64,000 nucleotides of DNA from NCBI GenBank assembly GCA_015066095.1, contig SVPC01000003.1:1407-65406 (forward strand), in the 5' to 3' direction. Below are positions 1-9,600 of the stretch, piece by piece. The first letter of the stretch is position 1, and the number at the start of each line of letters is the position of its first letter. The notes beneath the pieces are model-generated. The model ran no database searches. It saw nothing but the letters and a program-made list of their open reading frames with translations, and was not told the DNA's origin. The stretch comes from Oscillospiraceae bacterium (GTDB lineage: Bacteria > Bacillota > Clostridia > Oscillospirales > Acutalibacteraceae). The translations under genes and the position numbers were made by a program.

Positions 1-1658
1 ACCGCCTTAAAAAAGCGGATGCTATGGATTTTGACGATATGATAGTCAACACTGTGCATTTGTTAGAGGAAAACAGGGATATTTTAGATTATTATTCTAA
101 TAAATTCCGTTATGTTTGTGTTGACGAGTATCAGGATACAAACCACGCACAATATGTGCTTGTAAGTCTGTTGGCAAGTGGTAAAAACAACCTTTGTGTT
201 GTGGGTGATGATGACCAGAGTATTTACCGTTTCCGAGGTGCTACTATTGAGAATATTTTGAATTTTGAAGATGATTACCGCGGTGCAAAGGTGATACGCC
301 TTGAGCAGAATTACCGCTCAACTTCAAACATACTTAACGCGGCTAATAAGGTTATTGAAAATAACCGCGGCCGCAAGGGCAAAACACTTTGGACCGATAA
401 CGGTGACGGCGAAAAAATTATTGTTCACACCGCAGAGGATGAACGAATGGAAGCGCGTTATGTTGCCGATATTATTCTTGATAATATTGACAAAGGTCAG
501 CAATTTAGTGATAATGCAATTCTTTACCGTATGAATGCGCAGTCAAACACTTTAGAAAATGTTTTTTTGCGTTCAGGTATACCTTATAAAATTGTGGGCG
601 GTATGCGCTTTTACGACCGTAAAGAAATTAAAGATGTTGTGTCTTATCTGCACCTTATAAATAACCCCAAAGACGATGTTCGTCTGCGCCGTGTTATTAA
701 CGAGCCTAAACGCGGAATAGGTGATACTTCGCTTAATCACGCTTCGCAAATTGCAACGGAACTTGGTTGCAGTATGTTTGAGGTTTTAGCCCGTGCTGAC
801 GAGTTTTCGGCTCTTTCACGCGCTTCTTCAAAAGCGGTGCCTTTTTGCAATATGATAAAATCACTAATAGATTTTGCAAATGAAAATTCTATCAGTGATT
901 TGTTTGAGCAGATGTTGGATGTTACAGGATATAAGACTATGCTTGAAAATGAAGGCGAAGAGGGAATAGAACGCCTTGAAAACGTAAAAGAATTGGCTTC
1001 TAACATTGCGCAGTACGAGTTTGAAACCGATGAGCCCACACTTTCAGAGTTTTTGGAACAAATCTCGCTAATAAGTGACATTGACTCTTTTGATACAGAG
1101 AGCGACAAGGTGGTTATGATGACCATCCACTCTGCAAAAGGTTTGGAATTTAATAATGTATTTCTGGTTGGTATGGAGGAGGGAATTTTCCCGGGAAATC
1201 AATCAATATACGGCGGTGAAAGTGAAATTGAGGAAGAACGCCGTTTGGCTTATGTTGCAATAACCAGAGCCAAGAAAAAACTTGTAATTACCCATACGAG
1301 TATGCGTATGTTGTTTGGATGTACAAACCGTAATTTACCGTCGCGCTTTTTGCGTGAGATTCCCGAAAGTTTGTGCGAAAACACAGGCTTTGCGGTAAAA
1401 CGGTATGAGGTTAAAGACTATTCCGCCACACCTTATAGAAGTACACACGCTGTGAAAAGTTCTTTTGACACTGTAAAACCAGAGCCTGTTGTTGCTGCGG
1501 CTTACAGTATCGGTCAGACCGTTTCGCACAAAACATTCGGCCAAGGTATGATACTTTCAGTTACGGCTATGGGCAATGATTTCTTACTTGAGATTGCCTT
1601 TGATAAGGTAGGTACTAAAAAACTGATGGCAGGTTTTGCAAAGTTAACAATTATTTAA
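1..1658 (+). CDS. pcrA: ATP-dependent DNA helicase PcrA/UvrD family, C-terminal ~550 aa (5' end upstream of window)
   Basis: Frame is open to the window edge (no stop from nt 3). SF1 helicase motifs present: VDEYQDTN, GDDDQSIYRFRGA, LEQNYRS, MTIHSAKGLEF, RRLAYVAITRAK. Confidence 0.9.
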   Translation, partial: RLKKADAMDFDDMIVNTVHLLEENRDILDYYSNKFRYVCVDEYQDTNHAQYVLVSLLASGKNNLCVVGDDDQSIYRFRGATIENILNFEDDYRGAKVIRLEQNYRSTSNILNAANKVIENNRGRKGKTLWTDNGDGEKIIVHTAEDERMEARYVADIILDNIDKGQQFSDNAILYRMNAQSNTLENVFLRSGIPYKIVGGMRFYDRKEIKDVVSYLHLINNPKDDVRLRRVINEPKRGIGDTSLNHASQIATELGCSMFEVLARADEFSALSRASSKAVPFCNMIKSLIDFANENSISDLFEQMLDVTGYKTMLENEGEEGIERLENVKELASNIAQYEFETDEPTLSEFLEQISLISDIDSFDTESDKVVMMTIHSAKGLEFNNVFLVGMEEGIFPGNQSIYGGESEIEEERRLAYVAITRAKKKLVITHTSMRMLFGCTNRNLPSRFLREIPESLCENTGFAVKRYEVKDYSATPYRSTHAVKSSFDTVKPEPVVAAAYSIGQTVSHKTFGQGMILSVTAMGNDFLLEIAFDKVGTKKLMAGFAKLTII

Positions 1659-1659
1659 T

Positions 1660-1688
1660 TTGATTTTTAGGATTTCTGTGGTATAATG
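1660..1688 (+). promoter_or_regulatory. candidate sigma-A promoter TTGATT-16-(TGg)TATAAT
   Basis: -35/-10 hexamers with an extended -10 TG, about 32 nt upstream of the 1721 start codon. Confidence 0.45.
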
Positions 1689-1720
1689 TATCTAGAAAAT
1701 ATATTTAAAGGGGGTCGCTT

Positions 1721-2524
1721 ATGACGGTTTCAGGTTCTGCTATTAAAATAGAGGCGCGGAATATACTTAAAAACAATTATTCTACCGCTTTTGTTACCAC
1801 TGTTACTGTTTTGGCGGTATGGTATATTTTCAATTATTTATGCAGTATTTTAGAGATTTTTACAACCGCAGTTTTGGCAGATATATTGTTAGTTGTATTG
1901 TGTGTTGTTCTTTTTGCACCGCTTTTGTTGGGATATTTGCGCTATTTGTGGCGAATGTCTTCGGGTGTTACCGATAATCCAATAGCGATATTTTATTATT
2001 TTTCTTATCCAAAACTTTATTTTAAATGTTTGAGTTTGATAATTACTTTATCTTTAAGAATAGGTTTGTGTTACTTAATCTTCTTGTTACCTTACTTTGT
2101 TTTGCAGGTTATTACAGGTACTTGGATTTATGAAACTTTGGATATTACCGTTCCGCTTTGGACATTAAGTTTTTCAAACATTATAACAGTGCTTCATTAT
2201 GTGGCAACTGTGGCTACTGTTTTTTCGTGTCTTAAGTATTATTTAGCACCAATAATTTTTGTGGCAGATGAAAAAATTGACACCGCAGAAGCAATTCATA
2301 TGTCAAAAGTTATTTCAAAAAAGACAATGCTTGATTTTATATTTTTGTGTTTTAGTATTTTGGGTTGGGCGGTATTATCTATATTGGTATTACCCCTTAT
2401 TTACACCTTGCCATATATGTTTTTGGCATATTTAAAGCATTGTTCTTATGCGGTAGAAGATTTTAATAACGATATTTCTAAAATAAATTATGATGATATA
2501 CCAACTTTTGTAGCAGGTGCGTAG
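1721..2524 (+). CDS. polytopic membrane protein, DUF975-like
   Basis: 267-aa ORF with a GGGGG RBS 7-8 nt upstream and several long hydrophobic segments. The family assignment is from memory of DUF975-type N-termini and is weak. Confidence 0.6.
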   Translation: MTVSGSAIKIEARNILKNNYSTAFVTTVTVLAVWYIFNYLCSILEIFTTAVLADILLVVLCVVLFAPLLLGYLRYLWRMSSGVTDNPIAIFYYFSYPKLYFKCLSLIITLSLRIGLCYLIFLLPYFVLQVITGTWIYETLDITVPLWTLSFSNIITVLHYVATVATVFSCLKYYLAPIIFVADEKIDTAEAIHMSKVISKKTMLDFIFLCFSILGWAVLSILVLPLIYTLPYMFLAYLKHCSYAVEDFNNDISKINYDDIPTFVAGA

Positions 2525-2525
2525 T

Positions 2526-2924
2526 ATGAAAAAAGGTGTTTTCTTTTATTTTTATTATTTTTTAGCAGTGGTTATTGTAATTGCAAATGCGTTTTTTGTT
2601 ATTAACGATAACTTTTTCCTCGATATTGAAAGTGTGCCCGACGGTGAGTTTCAGTATAGTGAGTATTCACCTAAAAAATCTACTATATTAAAGGTTTATA
2701 CTTTGGATACTACCGCGGGTAAAAAGTCAGTTCGCGTATCGGAAACTAACGCAAATGGTACTCGCAATATATTTTGGCAGTCTGATGTTCAAGATGTTAA
2801 AATTGTATGGAAAAATGATTATGTCGTTATAATAAACGATATTGATTTAAACCTTAGAAAAGAAGAATATTTCGATTGCCGTAGTATAAATTCTATATTT
2901 AACGACGGCGAAATGGGTAGATAG
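2526..2924 (+). CDS. hypothetical protein with N-terminal membrane anchor
   Basis: ATG at 2526 preceded by AGGTG; it overlaps the previous stop, suggesting translational coupling. One N-terminal hydrophobic helix, then a soluble domain. The GTG at 2517 in the ORF track is less likely. Confidence 0.55.
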   Translation: MKKGVFFYFYYFLAVVIVIANAFFVINDNFFLDIESVPDGEFQYSEYSPKKSTILKVYTLDTTAGKKSVRVSETNANGTRNIFWQSDVQDVKIVWKNDYVVIINDIDLNLRKEEYFDCRSINSIFNDGEMGR

Positions 2925-2927
2925 GTT

Positions 2928-3470
2928 ATGGGAATAATTTTAGCATCTGCGTCACCCAGAAGACAGGAATTATTAGGATATATTGTTTCTTACTTTTCGG
3001 TTGTTGTGTCGGGCGTGGAGGAAATTGTGCCTGACGGTATGCCACTTAAAAAACAACCGCTTTATTTGTCAAAGCTTAAAGCGTGTGATATAGCAGCAAA
3101 ATATCCCGATGATATTGTTATAGGCGCTGATACAGCGGTAATACTTGGTAACGAGGTTTTGGGTAAACCAAAAGACCGTGAGGATGCAAAGCAAATGCTT
3201 TTAAAACTCTCGGGCAGAGTTCACAAGGTGATAACGGGCTGTACAGTGGTTAAAAACGGGGAATTTACGGGCTTTTCGGTAGTAAGTAAGGTAAAGTTTC
3301 AAAAACTTAAAGAAGCCGAAATTGAAGCATATCTCGACACCGACGAGCCTTATGACAAAGCAGGCAGTTATGCCGTACAGGGAAAAGCGGGAGCCTTTAT
3401 TGAATGGATAAAGGGCGATTATTTTAATATTGTCGGTCTTCCTATCGCAAAACTTAAAAGGTATATATAA
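2928..3470 (+). CDS. maf: Maf-like nucleoside triphosphate pyrophosphatase (septum formation protein Maf)
   Basis: Typical Maf N-terminus ILASASPRRQELL, plus GADTAV, DKAGSYAVQG and NIVGLP motifs; 180 aa. Confidence 0.9.
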   Translation: MGIILASASPRRQELLGYIVSYFSVVVSGVEEIVPDGMPLKKQPLYLSKLKACDIAAKYPDDIVIGADTAVILGNEVLGKPKDREDAKQMLLKLSGRVHKVITGCTVVKNGEFTGFSVVSKVKFQKLKEAEIEAYLDTDEPYDKAGSYAVQGKAGAFIEWIKGDYFNIVGLPIAKLKRYI

Positions 3471-3471
3471 A

Positions 3472-3510
3472 AACGCTCAACTCTTATTTTTTAGAGATGA
3501 GTGTTTTTTA
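3472..3510 (+). terminator. rho-independent terminator after maf
   Basis: ~13-bp stem (AACGCTCAACTCT / AGAGATGAGTGTT, one mismatch, one G-U) followed by TTTT. Confidence 0.55.
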
Positions 3511-3520
3511 ATATTAAACT

Positions 3521-3535
3521 ATCAATTTAATTGAT
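3521..3535. promoter_or_regulatory. 15-bp perfect palindrome ATCAATT-T-AATTGAT (candidate operator)
   Basis: Perfect 7-nt inverted arms upstream of the XRE regulator gene. Confidence 0.35.
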
Positions 3536-3578
3536 TATTTTAACCGTTTTGGTTACTGTTGTTTTTTAAATTCAATGA

Positions 3579-3601
3579 TATAATGAAAATGTAAGCTTAC
3601 A
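3579..3601 (+). promoter_or_regulatory. extended -10 (TGaTATAAT) followed by 12-bp palindrome TGTAAGCTTACA
   Basis: TATAAT at 3579-3584 preceded by TGa. The perfect palindrome at 3590-3601 lies over the expected transcription start of the XRE gene, as expected for autoregulation. Confidence 0.4.
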
Positions 3602-3623
3602 AAATATAAATTGGAGGTTAATT

Positions 3624-4382
3624 ATGAATTGTATAAATCGACAGATTAAGAATCTAAGAAAATCAAAGGATATTACTCAAGAACAATTAGCTGAAATTGT
3701 TGGTGTTTCACCGCAAGCAGTGAGCCGTTGGGAGTGTGGTACTACATATCCAGATATTTTACTACTACCGAGGTTAGCAGAAGTATTTAATACAACAGTT
3801 GACGAATTGTTGGGTGTCAATGAAAAACAGAAAGCAGAGGAAATAACCAATATTATTAATGAAGCCGAAAAACTTATCAACAAAAACATTACCGTAGAGC
3901 CGATAAAAAATCTAAGAAAAGCACTTGAGAAATACCCGAAAAATGACCGGTTACTTTGTACATTGTTATATGCGTTATATGTCGCAAGTGAAGATGAAGC
4001 GCTATGTTGCGAATATGACGAGGAAATTATATCAATTGCAGAATGGATAGAAAAATATTCTGTTGATAACTATTGTAGAAATGAAGCTAATAGGGTACTT
4101 TTTCGACATTACTGTGACACTGATAGAAAAAAAGAAGCGTTATATATCGCCACCAAAATGGCTGATATTGAAACTTGTATTCAAAGAAATAAGTATTGGT
4201 CACTAGAAGGAAAAGAAAGAGTTGAATTTTTAAAAGAAAGAATTTCAGACGATTTAAGGCAACTTCTTTGGGATATTTGGGCTTTTTCAGAACATTCATA
4301 TTTAGATGAAATTGAGAAATCAGAATTAGATAAGCTTAGAGAAAATATTGATAACAGTGTTAATTTAAGATTTGATTTGTAA
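3624..4382 (+). CDS. XRE-family helix-turn-helix transcriptional regulator with C-terminal helical (TPR-like) domain
   Basis: GGAGG RBS. N-terminal HTH_3 signature ITQEQLAEIVGVSPQAVSRWECGTTYPDILLLPRLAEVFNTTVDELL, then ~180 aa that look helical. Confidence 0.8.
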   Translation: MNCINRQIKNLRKSKDITQEQLAEIVGVSPQAVSRWECGTTYPDILLLPRLAEVFNTTVDELLGVNEKQKAEEITNIINEAEKLINKNITVEPIKNLRKALEKYPKNDRLLCTLLYALYVASEDEALCCEYDEEIISIAEWIEKYSVDNYCRNEANRVLFRHYCDTDRKKEALYIATKMADIETCIQRNKYWSLEGKERVEFLKERISDDLRQLLWDIWAFSEHSYLDEIEKSELDKLRENIDNSVNLRFDL

Positions 4383-4389
4383 TTGCAAA

Positions 4390-4418
4390 TTGAAATTTAA
4401 AAGAATTTATGTTAAAAT
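4390..4418 (+). promoter_or_regulatory. candidate sigma-A promoter TTGAAA-17-(TGt)TAAAAT
   Basis: Good hexamers with 17-nt spacing, directly upstream of the RayT-like gene. Confidence 0.5.
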
Positions 4419-4434
4419 GTTATCGGTGATTTAA

Positions 4435-4896
4435 ATGGATTTACCAGAAAGAAAACAGAATAGATTAGAAAATTATGATTACAGTCAAAACGGCGCATAT
4501 TTTATTACGATATGCACAAAGGAACGCAAGAAAATTTTATGTGAGATTGTAGGGGCGAACATTGTTCGCCCGAAATTGACAAGGTATGGTAAAATTGTGG
4601 ATGATGCTATAAATTTAATAACAAATCATTATCAAACGGTAACTATTGATAAATATGTAATTATGCCCGACCATATTCATTTACTGTTACAAATTCATTC
4701 AGACAGGCGAACAATGTTCGCCCCTACGATTGAAAGGATAGTCAAGCAAACAAAGGGTTATATTACGAAACAAATAGGTTTTTCGATTTTCCAGCGTTCT
4801 TATTACGACCATGTGATACGTAATCAAGAGGATTACAACGAAATATGGGAATATATTGATAATAATCCTAAAAAATGGCTTATAAATAAAACATAA
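4435..4896 (+). CDS. stand-alone IS200/IS605-type Y1 HUH transposase homologue (RayT / REP-associated tyrosine transposase-like)
   Basis: 153 aa. HUH motif in MPDHIHLLL and catalytic-Tyr region QRSYYDHVIRN. No tnpB and no obvious IS ends flank it. Confidence 0.8.
   Translation: MDLPERKQNRLENYDYSQNGAYFITICTKERKKILCEIVGANIVRPKLTRYGKIVDDAINLITNHYQTVTIDKYVIMPDHIHLLLQIHSDRRTMFAPTIERIVKQTKGYITKQIGFSIFQRSYYDHVIRNQEDYNEIWEYIDNNPKKWLINKT
4549..4571 (+). repeat. REP-like GTAG-hairpin GTAGGGGCGAAC-ATT-GTTCGCCC inside the RayT-like CDS
   Basis: 8-bp stem GGGCGAAC/GTTCGCCC with a 3-nt loop, preceded by GTAG. It encodes VGANIVRP. Confidence 0.85.
4705..4727 (-). repeat. inverted copy of the GTAG-hairpin (22/23 identical to 4549-4571 on the opposite strand)
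   Basis: The plus strand reads aGGCGAACAATGTTCGCCCCTAC, which is the reverse complement of the first copy. It encodes RRTMFAPT in a different frame. Confidence 0.85.
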
Positions 4897-4930
4897 AACA
4901 AGGTACTGCAAAAGCAGTACCTTGTTTTTG
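4896..4930. terminator. bidirectional rho-independent terminator (RayT-like gene / fhs operon end)
   Basis: AACAAGGTACTGC-AAAA-GCAGTACCTTGTT stem with an A-tract upstream and a T-tract downstream, between convergent genes. Confidence 0.8.
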
Positions 4931-4938
4931 TATAATAA

Positions 4939-6612
4939 TTAGAATAAACCTGAGATAACGCCGTTATTATCAACATCAATTCTTTCGGCGGCGGGAACGC
5001 GTGGTAGTCCGGGCATTGTCATAATATCGCCTGTAAGGGCTACTATGAAACCTGCACCTGCTGAGATTTTGATATTGCGAACAGTTACCTTAAAGCCTAC
5101 GGGAGCGCCGAGTTTTGTCTGGTCATCTGAAAAACTGTACTGTGTTTTTGCCATACAAACAGGGCACCCGCCGAAGCCTAATTCGGTAAGGGTTGCGATT
5201 TGTTTTTTAGCGTTTGGTGTAAAGATTACACCGTCACCGCCGTAAACCTTGCGAACAATAGCGTCAATTTTTTCTTCTATAGTAGCGTCGCTTTCATAAG
5301 AGAATGTGAAATCGCCCTGTTCTTCATTACAAAGGCGTACAACCTCTTTTGCTAATTCTACACCACCTTCGCCGCCTTTTGCCCAAACGTCAGAGAGTAC
5401 TACATTTACGCCAAGTTCTTTGCATTTAGCAATAATAAACTCGATTTCCTTGTCGGTATCGGTGGGGAAGCGGTTTACAGCAACAACGCAAGGGAGTTTG
5501 TAAACATTCTTGATATTAGAAACGTGACGGAGAAGGTTGGGTATACCTTTTTCCAATGCTTCAAGGTTCTCGTTACCGAGTTCTGTTTTTGCAAGACCGC
5601 CGTGCATTTTAAGAGCACGAACAGTAGCAACCATAACAACAGCCGACGGGGTAAGACCTGCCATACGGCACTTGATATCAAGGAACTTTTCTGCGCCCAA
5701 ATCGGCACCGAAACCTGCTTCGGTGATAGCATAATCAGCAAGGCTTAATGCCATTTTGGTAGCAGTAACACTGTTACAACCGTGAGCAATATTGGCAAAA
5801 GGTCCGCCGTGTACAAGTGCGGGTGTACCTTCGAGAGTTTGTACAAGGTTGGGTTTAATAGCATCTTTAAGAAGTGCTGTCATAGCGCCCTGTGCCTTTA
5901 ACTGACCGCAAGTAACAGGTTTATCGTCATAGGTGTAACCTACGATAATTTTTGAAAGTCTTTCCTTAAGGTCATCAATATCTTTTGAAAGGCAAAGAAC
6001 AGCCATAATTTCACTTGCAACTGTGATGTCAAAGCCGTCTTCACGCGGAACGCCGTTTACCTTACCGCCAAGACCGTCGGTCACAAAGCGGAGTTGACGG
6101 TCGTTCATATCAACACAGCGCTTCCAAGTAATTTTACGAACATCAATACCCAATGCATTGCCTTGGTGGATGTGGTTATCAAGCATAGCAGCCAAAAGGT
6201 TATTAGCCGCGCCGATAGCGTGGAAGTCGCCCGTAAAGTGGAGATTTATGTCTTCCATAGGTACTACTTGTGCATAACCGCCGCCTGCGGCACCGCCTTT
6301 GATACCGAAAACAGGTCCTAAAGAAGGCTCACGCAAAGACACACAAACCTTTTCACCGATTTTGGACATACCGTCAGCAAGACCGATAGTGGTGGTGGTT
6401 TTGCCTTCACCCGCAGGGGTTGGGGTGATGGCGGTTACCAAAATGAGTTTGCCGTTTTTCTCGGCTTTGTTCATAAGGGAAAGGTCTATTTTTGCCTTAT
6501 ATTTACCGTATTGTTCGAGATAATCTTCGGGGATACCCGCGCGTTTTGCAATATCGGTAATAGGTTGCATTTTACATTGTTGTGCAATTTCAATATCAGT
6601 TAAAAAAGCCAT
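4939..6612 (-). CDS. fhs: formate--tetrahydrofolate ligase
   Basis: 557 aa. Matches the FTHFS family from the N-terminus on (DIEIAQ..., [16 protein letters not shown]-loop, [20 protein letters not shown]). Confidence 0.95.
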   Translation of the reverse strand: MAFLTDIEIAQQCKMQPITDIAKRAGIPEDYLEQYGKYKAKIDLSLMNKAEKNGKLILVTAITPTPAGEGKTTTTIGLADGMSKIGEKVCVSLREPSLGPVFGIKGGAAGGGYAQVVPMEDINLHFTGDFHAIGAANNLLAAMLDNHIHQGNALGIDVRKITWKRCVDMNDRQLRFVTDGLGGKVNGVPREDGFDITVASEIMAVLCLSKDIDDLKERLSKIIVGYTYDDKPVTCGQLKAQGAMTALLKDAIKPNLVQTLEGTPALVHGGPFANIAHGCNSVTATKMALSLADYAITEAGFGADLGAEKFLDIKCRMAGLTPSAVVMVATVRALKMHGGLAKTELGNENLEALEKGIPNLLRHVSNIKNVYKLPCVVAVNRFPTDTDKEIEFIIAKCKELGVNVVLSDVWAKGGEGGVELAKEVVRLCNEEQGDFTFSYESDATIEEKIDAIVRKVYGGDGVIFTPNAKKQIATLTELGFGGCPVCMAKTQYSFSDDQTKLGAPVGFKVTVRNIKISAGAGFIVALTGDIMTMPGLPRVPAAERIDVDNNGVISGLF

Positions 6613-6622
6613 TTATATCACC

Positions 6623-9600
6623 TTACTTAAAATATTTTACAGCAGATTCGAACATCTTGATATCATAGTCACCCGGAACATTCTTATAAAGACCGTAGCC
6701 CTTACGCTCTGCGTGACCCATTTTACCGAACACTCTACCGTCTGGGGAGGTTATACCCTCAATAGCATACATCGAATCGTTAGGGTTGTATTGTACTTTG
6801 CTTGTAGCATTGCCGTCTAAATCAACATACTGTGTAGCGATTTGTCCGTTCTTTGCAAGTTGCTTAATAAGTTCTTCCGAAGCTAAGAAACGACCTTCGC
6901 CGTGAGAAATCGGTACATTGTAGATGTCGCCAACATTTGTAGCAGAAAGCCAAGGTGATTTATTAGAAGCAATACGAGTTCTAACAATCTTTGATTGGTG
7001 ACGCGCGATTGTGTTGAATGTAAGAGTGGGACAGTTTTCGTCGGTATCAATAATCTTGCCGTAGGGAACAAGACCGAGTTTTATAAGGGCTTGGAAGCCG
7101 TTACAAATACCGCACATAAGACCGTCGCGTTTTTCGAGTAAAACGGTAACCTGCTCTTTAATAGCACCATTACGGAAGAATGCAGTAATAAACTTACCGC
7201 TACCGTCGGGCTCGTCACCGCCTGAGAAACCGCCCGGAATAAATACAATCTGACTTTCCTTAAGTTTTGAAGCAAAGGTTTCAACGCTACGTGCGATACC
7301 GTCGCTTGATTGGTTATTGATTACAAAGATTTCAGGTTCTGCACCTGCATCACGCATAACTTTAGCAGAGTCAAATTCGCAGTTAGTGCCAGGGAAAACA
7401 GGGATAAGCACCTTTGGTTTTGCAACCTTAATAGCAGGAGCAACGCGCTCGGCAGCCTTGAATTCAAAGTTTTCCATTGGCGTTTTGTTATCTTTAATGT
7501 TGCAACGGAAAACGCTTTCAAGTTTGTTTTCATATATTTCGGACAATTTGCAAAGGTCGATTGCTTCATTACCAAGCGAAATCTTATTGTCGTTAGTGAT
7601 TTCACCAATAACAATACCTTCGTCTATATCTTCATTTACTTCAAGCAAGAATGAGCCGTAGTTGTAACCGAAAATAGCATTAACGCTCAAAGCATCGTTA
7701 TACTTAAAGCCAAAGCCGTTACCAAAGCACATCTTCATAACTGCTTCTGCAACACCGCCCATAGTGGGAGTATAAGCAGAAACTGCAACACCTTTACGCA
7801 TAAGTGCGGTTACGGTGTCGAAAATCTTGAGCAATGATTCGGTTTTGGGAAGACCGTTTTCATCATAAACGGGTGTAAGAAGAACTACCTTGTTACCTGC
7901 TTTCTTGAATTCGGGGGAAATAATATTGTCAACCTTATCGGTAGTAACAGCAAAGGAAACGAGAGTGGGGGGAACATCTAAATCTTCAAATGAGCCGCTC
8001 ATAGAGTCCTTACCGCCGATAGAGCCGATACCGAGTTCCATCTGCGCCTTGAAAGCACCGAGAAGTGCAGACAAGGGTTTGCCCCAACGCTTACTGTCTT
8101 TACCAAGTTTTTCAAAATATTCTTGGAATGTAAGGTATACATCCTCGAATTTAGCACCTGTTGCTACTAACTTACAAACCGATTCAACAACGGCTAAATA
8201 CGCGCCGTGGTAGGGGGAAGCAGTTGTAATAAAGGGATTGTAACCCCAAGACATAAGTGAGCAGTCATTGGTGTGTTTCTTTTCAACGCTGATTTTTTGT
8301 ACCATAGCCTGAATGGGGGTGATTTGGTTTTTACCGCCAAAAGGCATAAGTACAGTACCTGCGCCGATTGTAGAGTCAAACTGTTCGGAAAGACCGCGCT
8401 TTGAACAGATATTAAGGTCGTCTGCTAATGCTTTGTAGTTTTCGGTAAATGTACCGTCGATATTATTAGAAATAACCGATGGAGCCGCTGCCTCAATTTC
8501 AATGTGCTTTTCTGCACCGTTAGAGTTTAAGAACTCACGGCTTAAATCAACAATTGTGTTGCCGTTCCAATGCATTGTAAGGCGAGGCTCGGCTTTAACA
8601 CGCGCCACAACAACAGCCTGTAAGTTTTCTTGTTTTGCAAGGTTTAGGAAGTTATCAATGTTTTCTTTTTCAATGACAACTGCCATTCTTTCTTGCGATT
8701 CACTTATAGCAAGTTCAGTACCGTCAAGACCCTCATATTTTTTAGGAACTGCATTAAGGTCGATTTCAAGACCGTCTGCCAATTCACCAATTGCAACCGA
8801 AACACCGCCTGCGCCAAAGTCGTTACAACGCTTAATCATTTTGGTAGCAACGGGATTGCGGAAAAGTCTTTGCAATTTACGTTCTTCGGGTGCGTTACCT
8901 TTTTGAACTTCTGCACCGCAAGATTCAAGTGATTCTAAAGTGTGAGATTTAGAAGAGCCGGTTGCACCGCCGCAACCGTCACGGCCTGTACTACCGCCAA
9001 GAAGCACTACTACATCACCATCTTCGGGGCATTCGCGGCGTACATTTTCTTGGGGTGCCGCCGCAATAACAGCGCCGATTTCCATACGCTTTGCAGCATA
9101 GCCGTCGTGGTAGATTTCGTCTACAATACCTGTTGCAAGGCCTATCTGGTTACCGTAAGAAGAATAACCGTCTGCCGCGGTGGTAACAATCTTTCTTTGT
9201 GGCAATTTACCTGCCATAGTTTCTTTAACACTCTTTAAGGGGTTTGCAGCGCCTGTTAGACGCATAGCACCGTAAACATAACTACGACCTGAAAGCGGGT
9301 CGCGTATAGCACCGCCGATACAAGTAGCCGCACCGCCAAAGGGTTCAATTTCAGTCGGGTGGTTGTGGGTTTCGTTCTTGAAAAGAAGCAACCATTTTTC
9401 TGTTACACCCTCAACCTCAACATCGATTTTAACGGTACAAGCATTGATTTCTTCAGATTCGTCAAGTTTTTGGAGTTTACCGTCTTTCTTGAGTTTGCGT
9501 ACCGCAATTGTTGCCAAGTCCATAAGGCAAATAGGCTTTGTTCGGCCTAAACTTTTACGGGTTTCGATATATTCGTTATATGTGTTTTGTAATAATTCGT

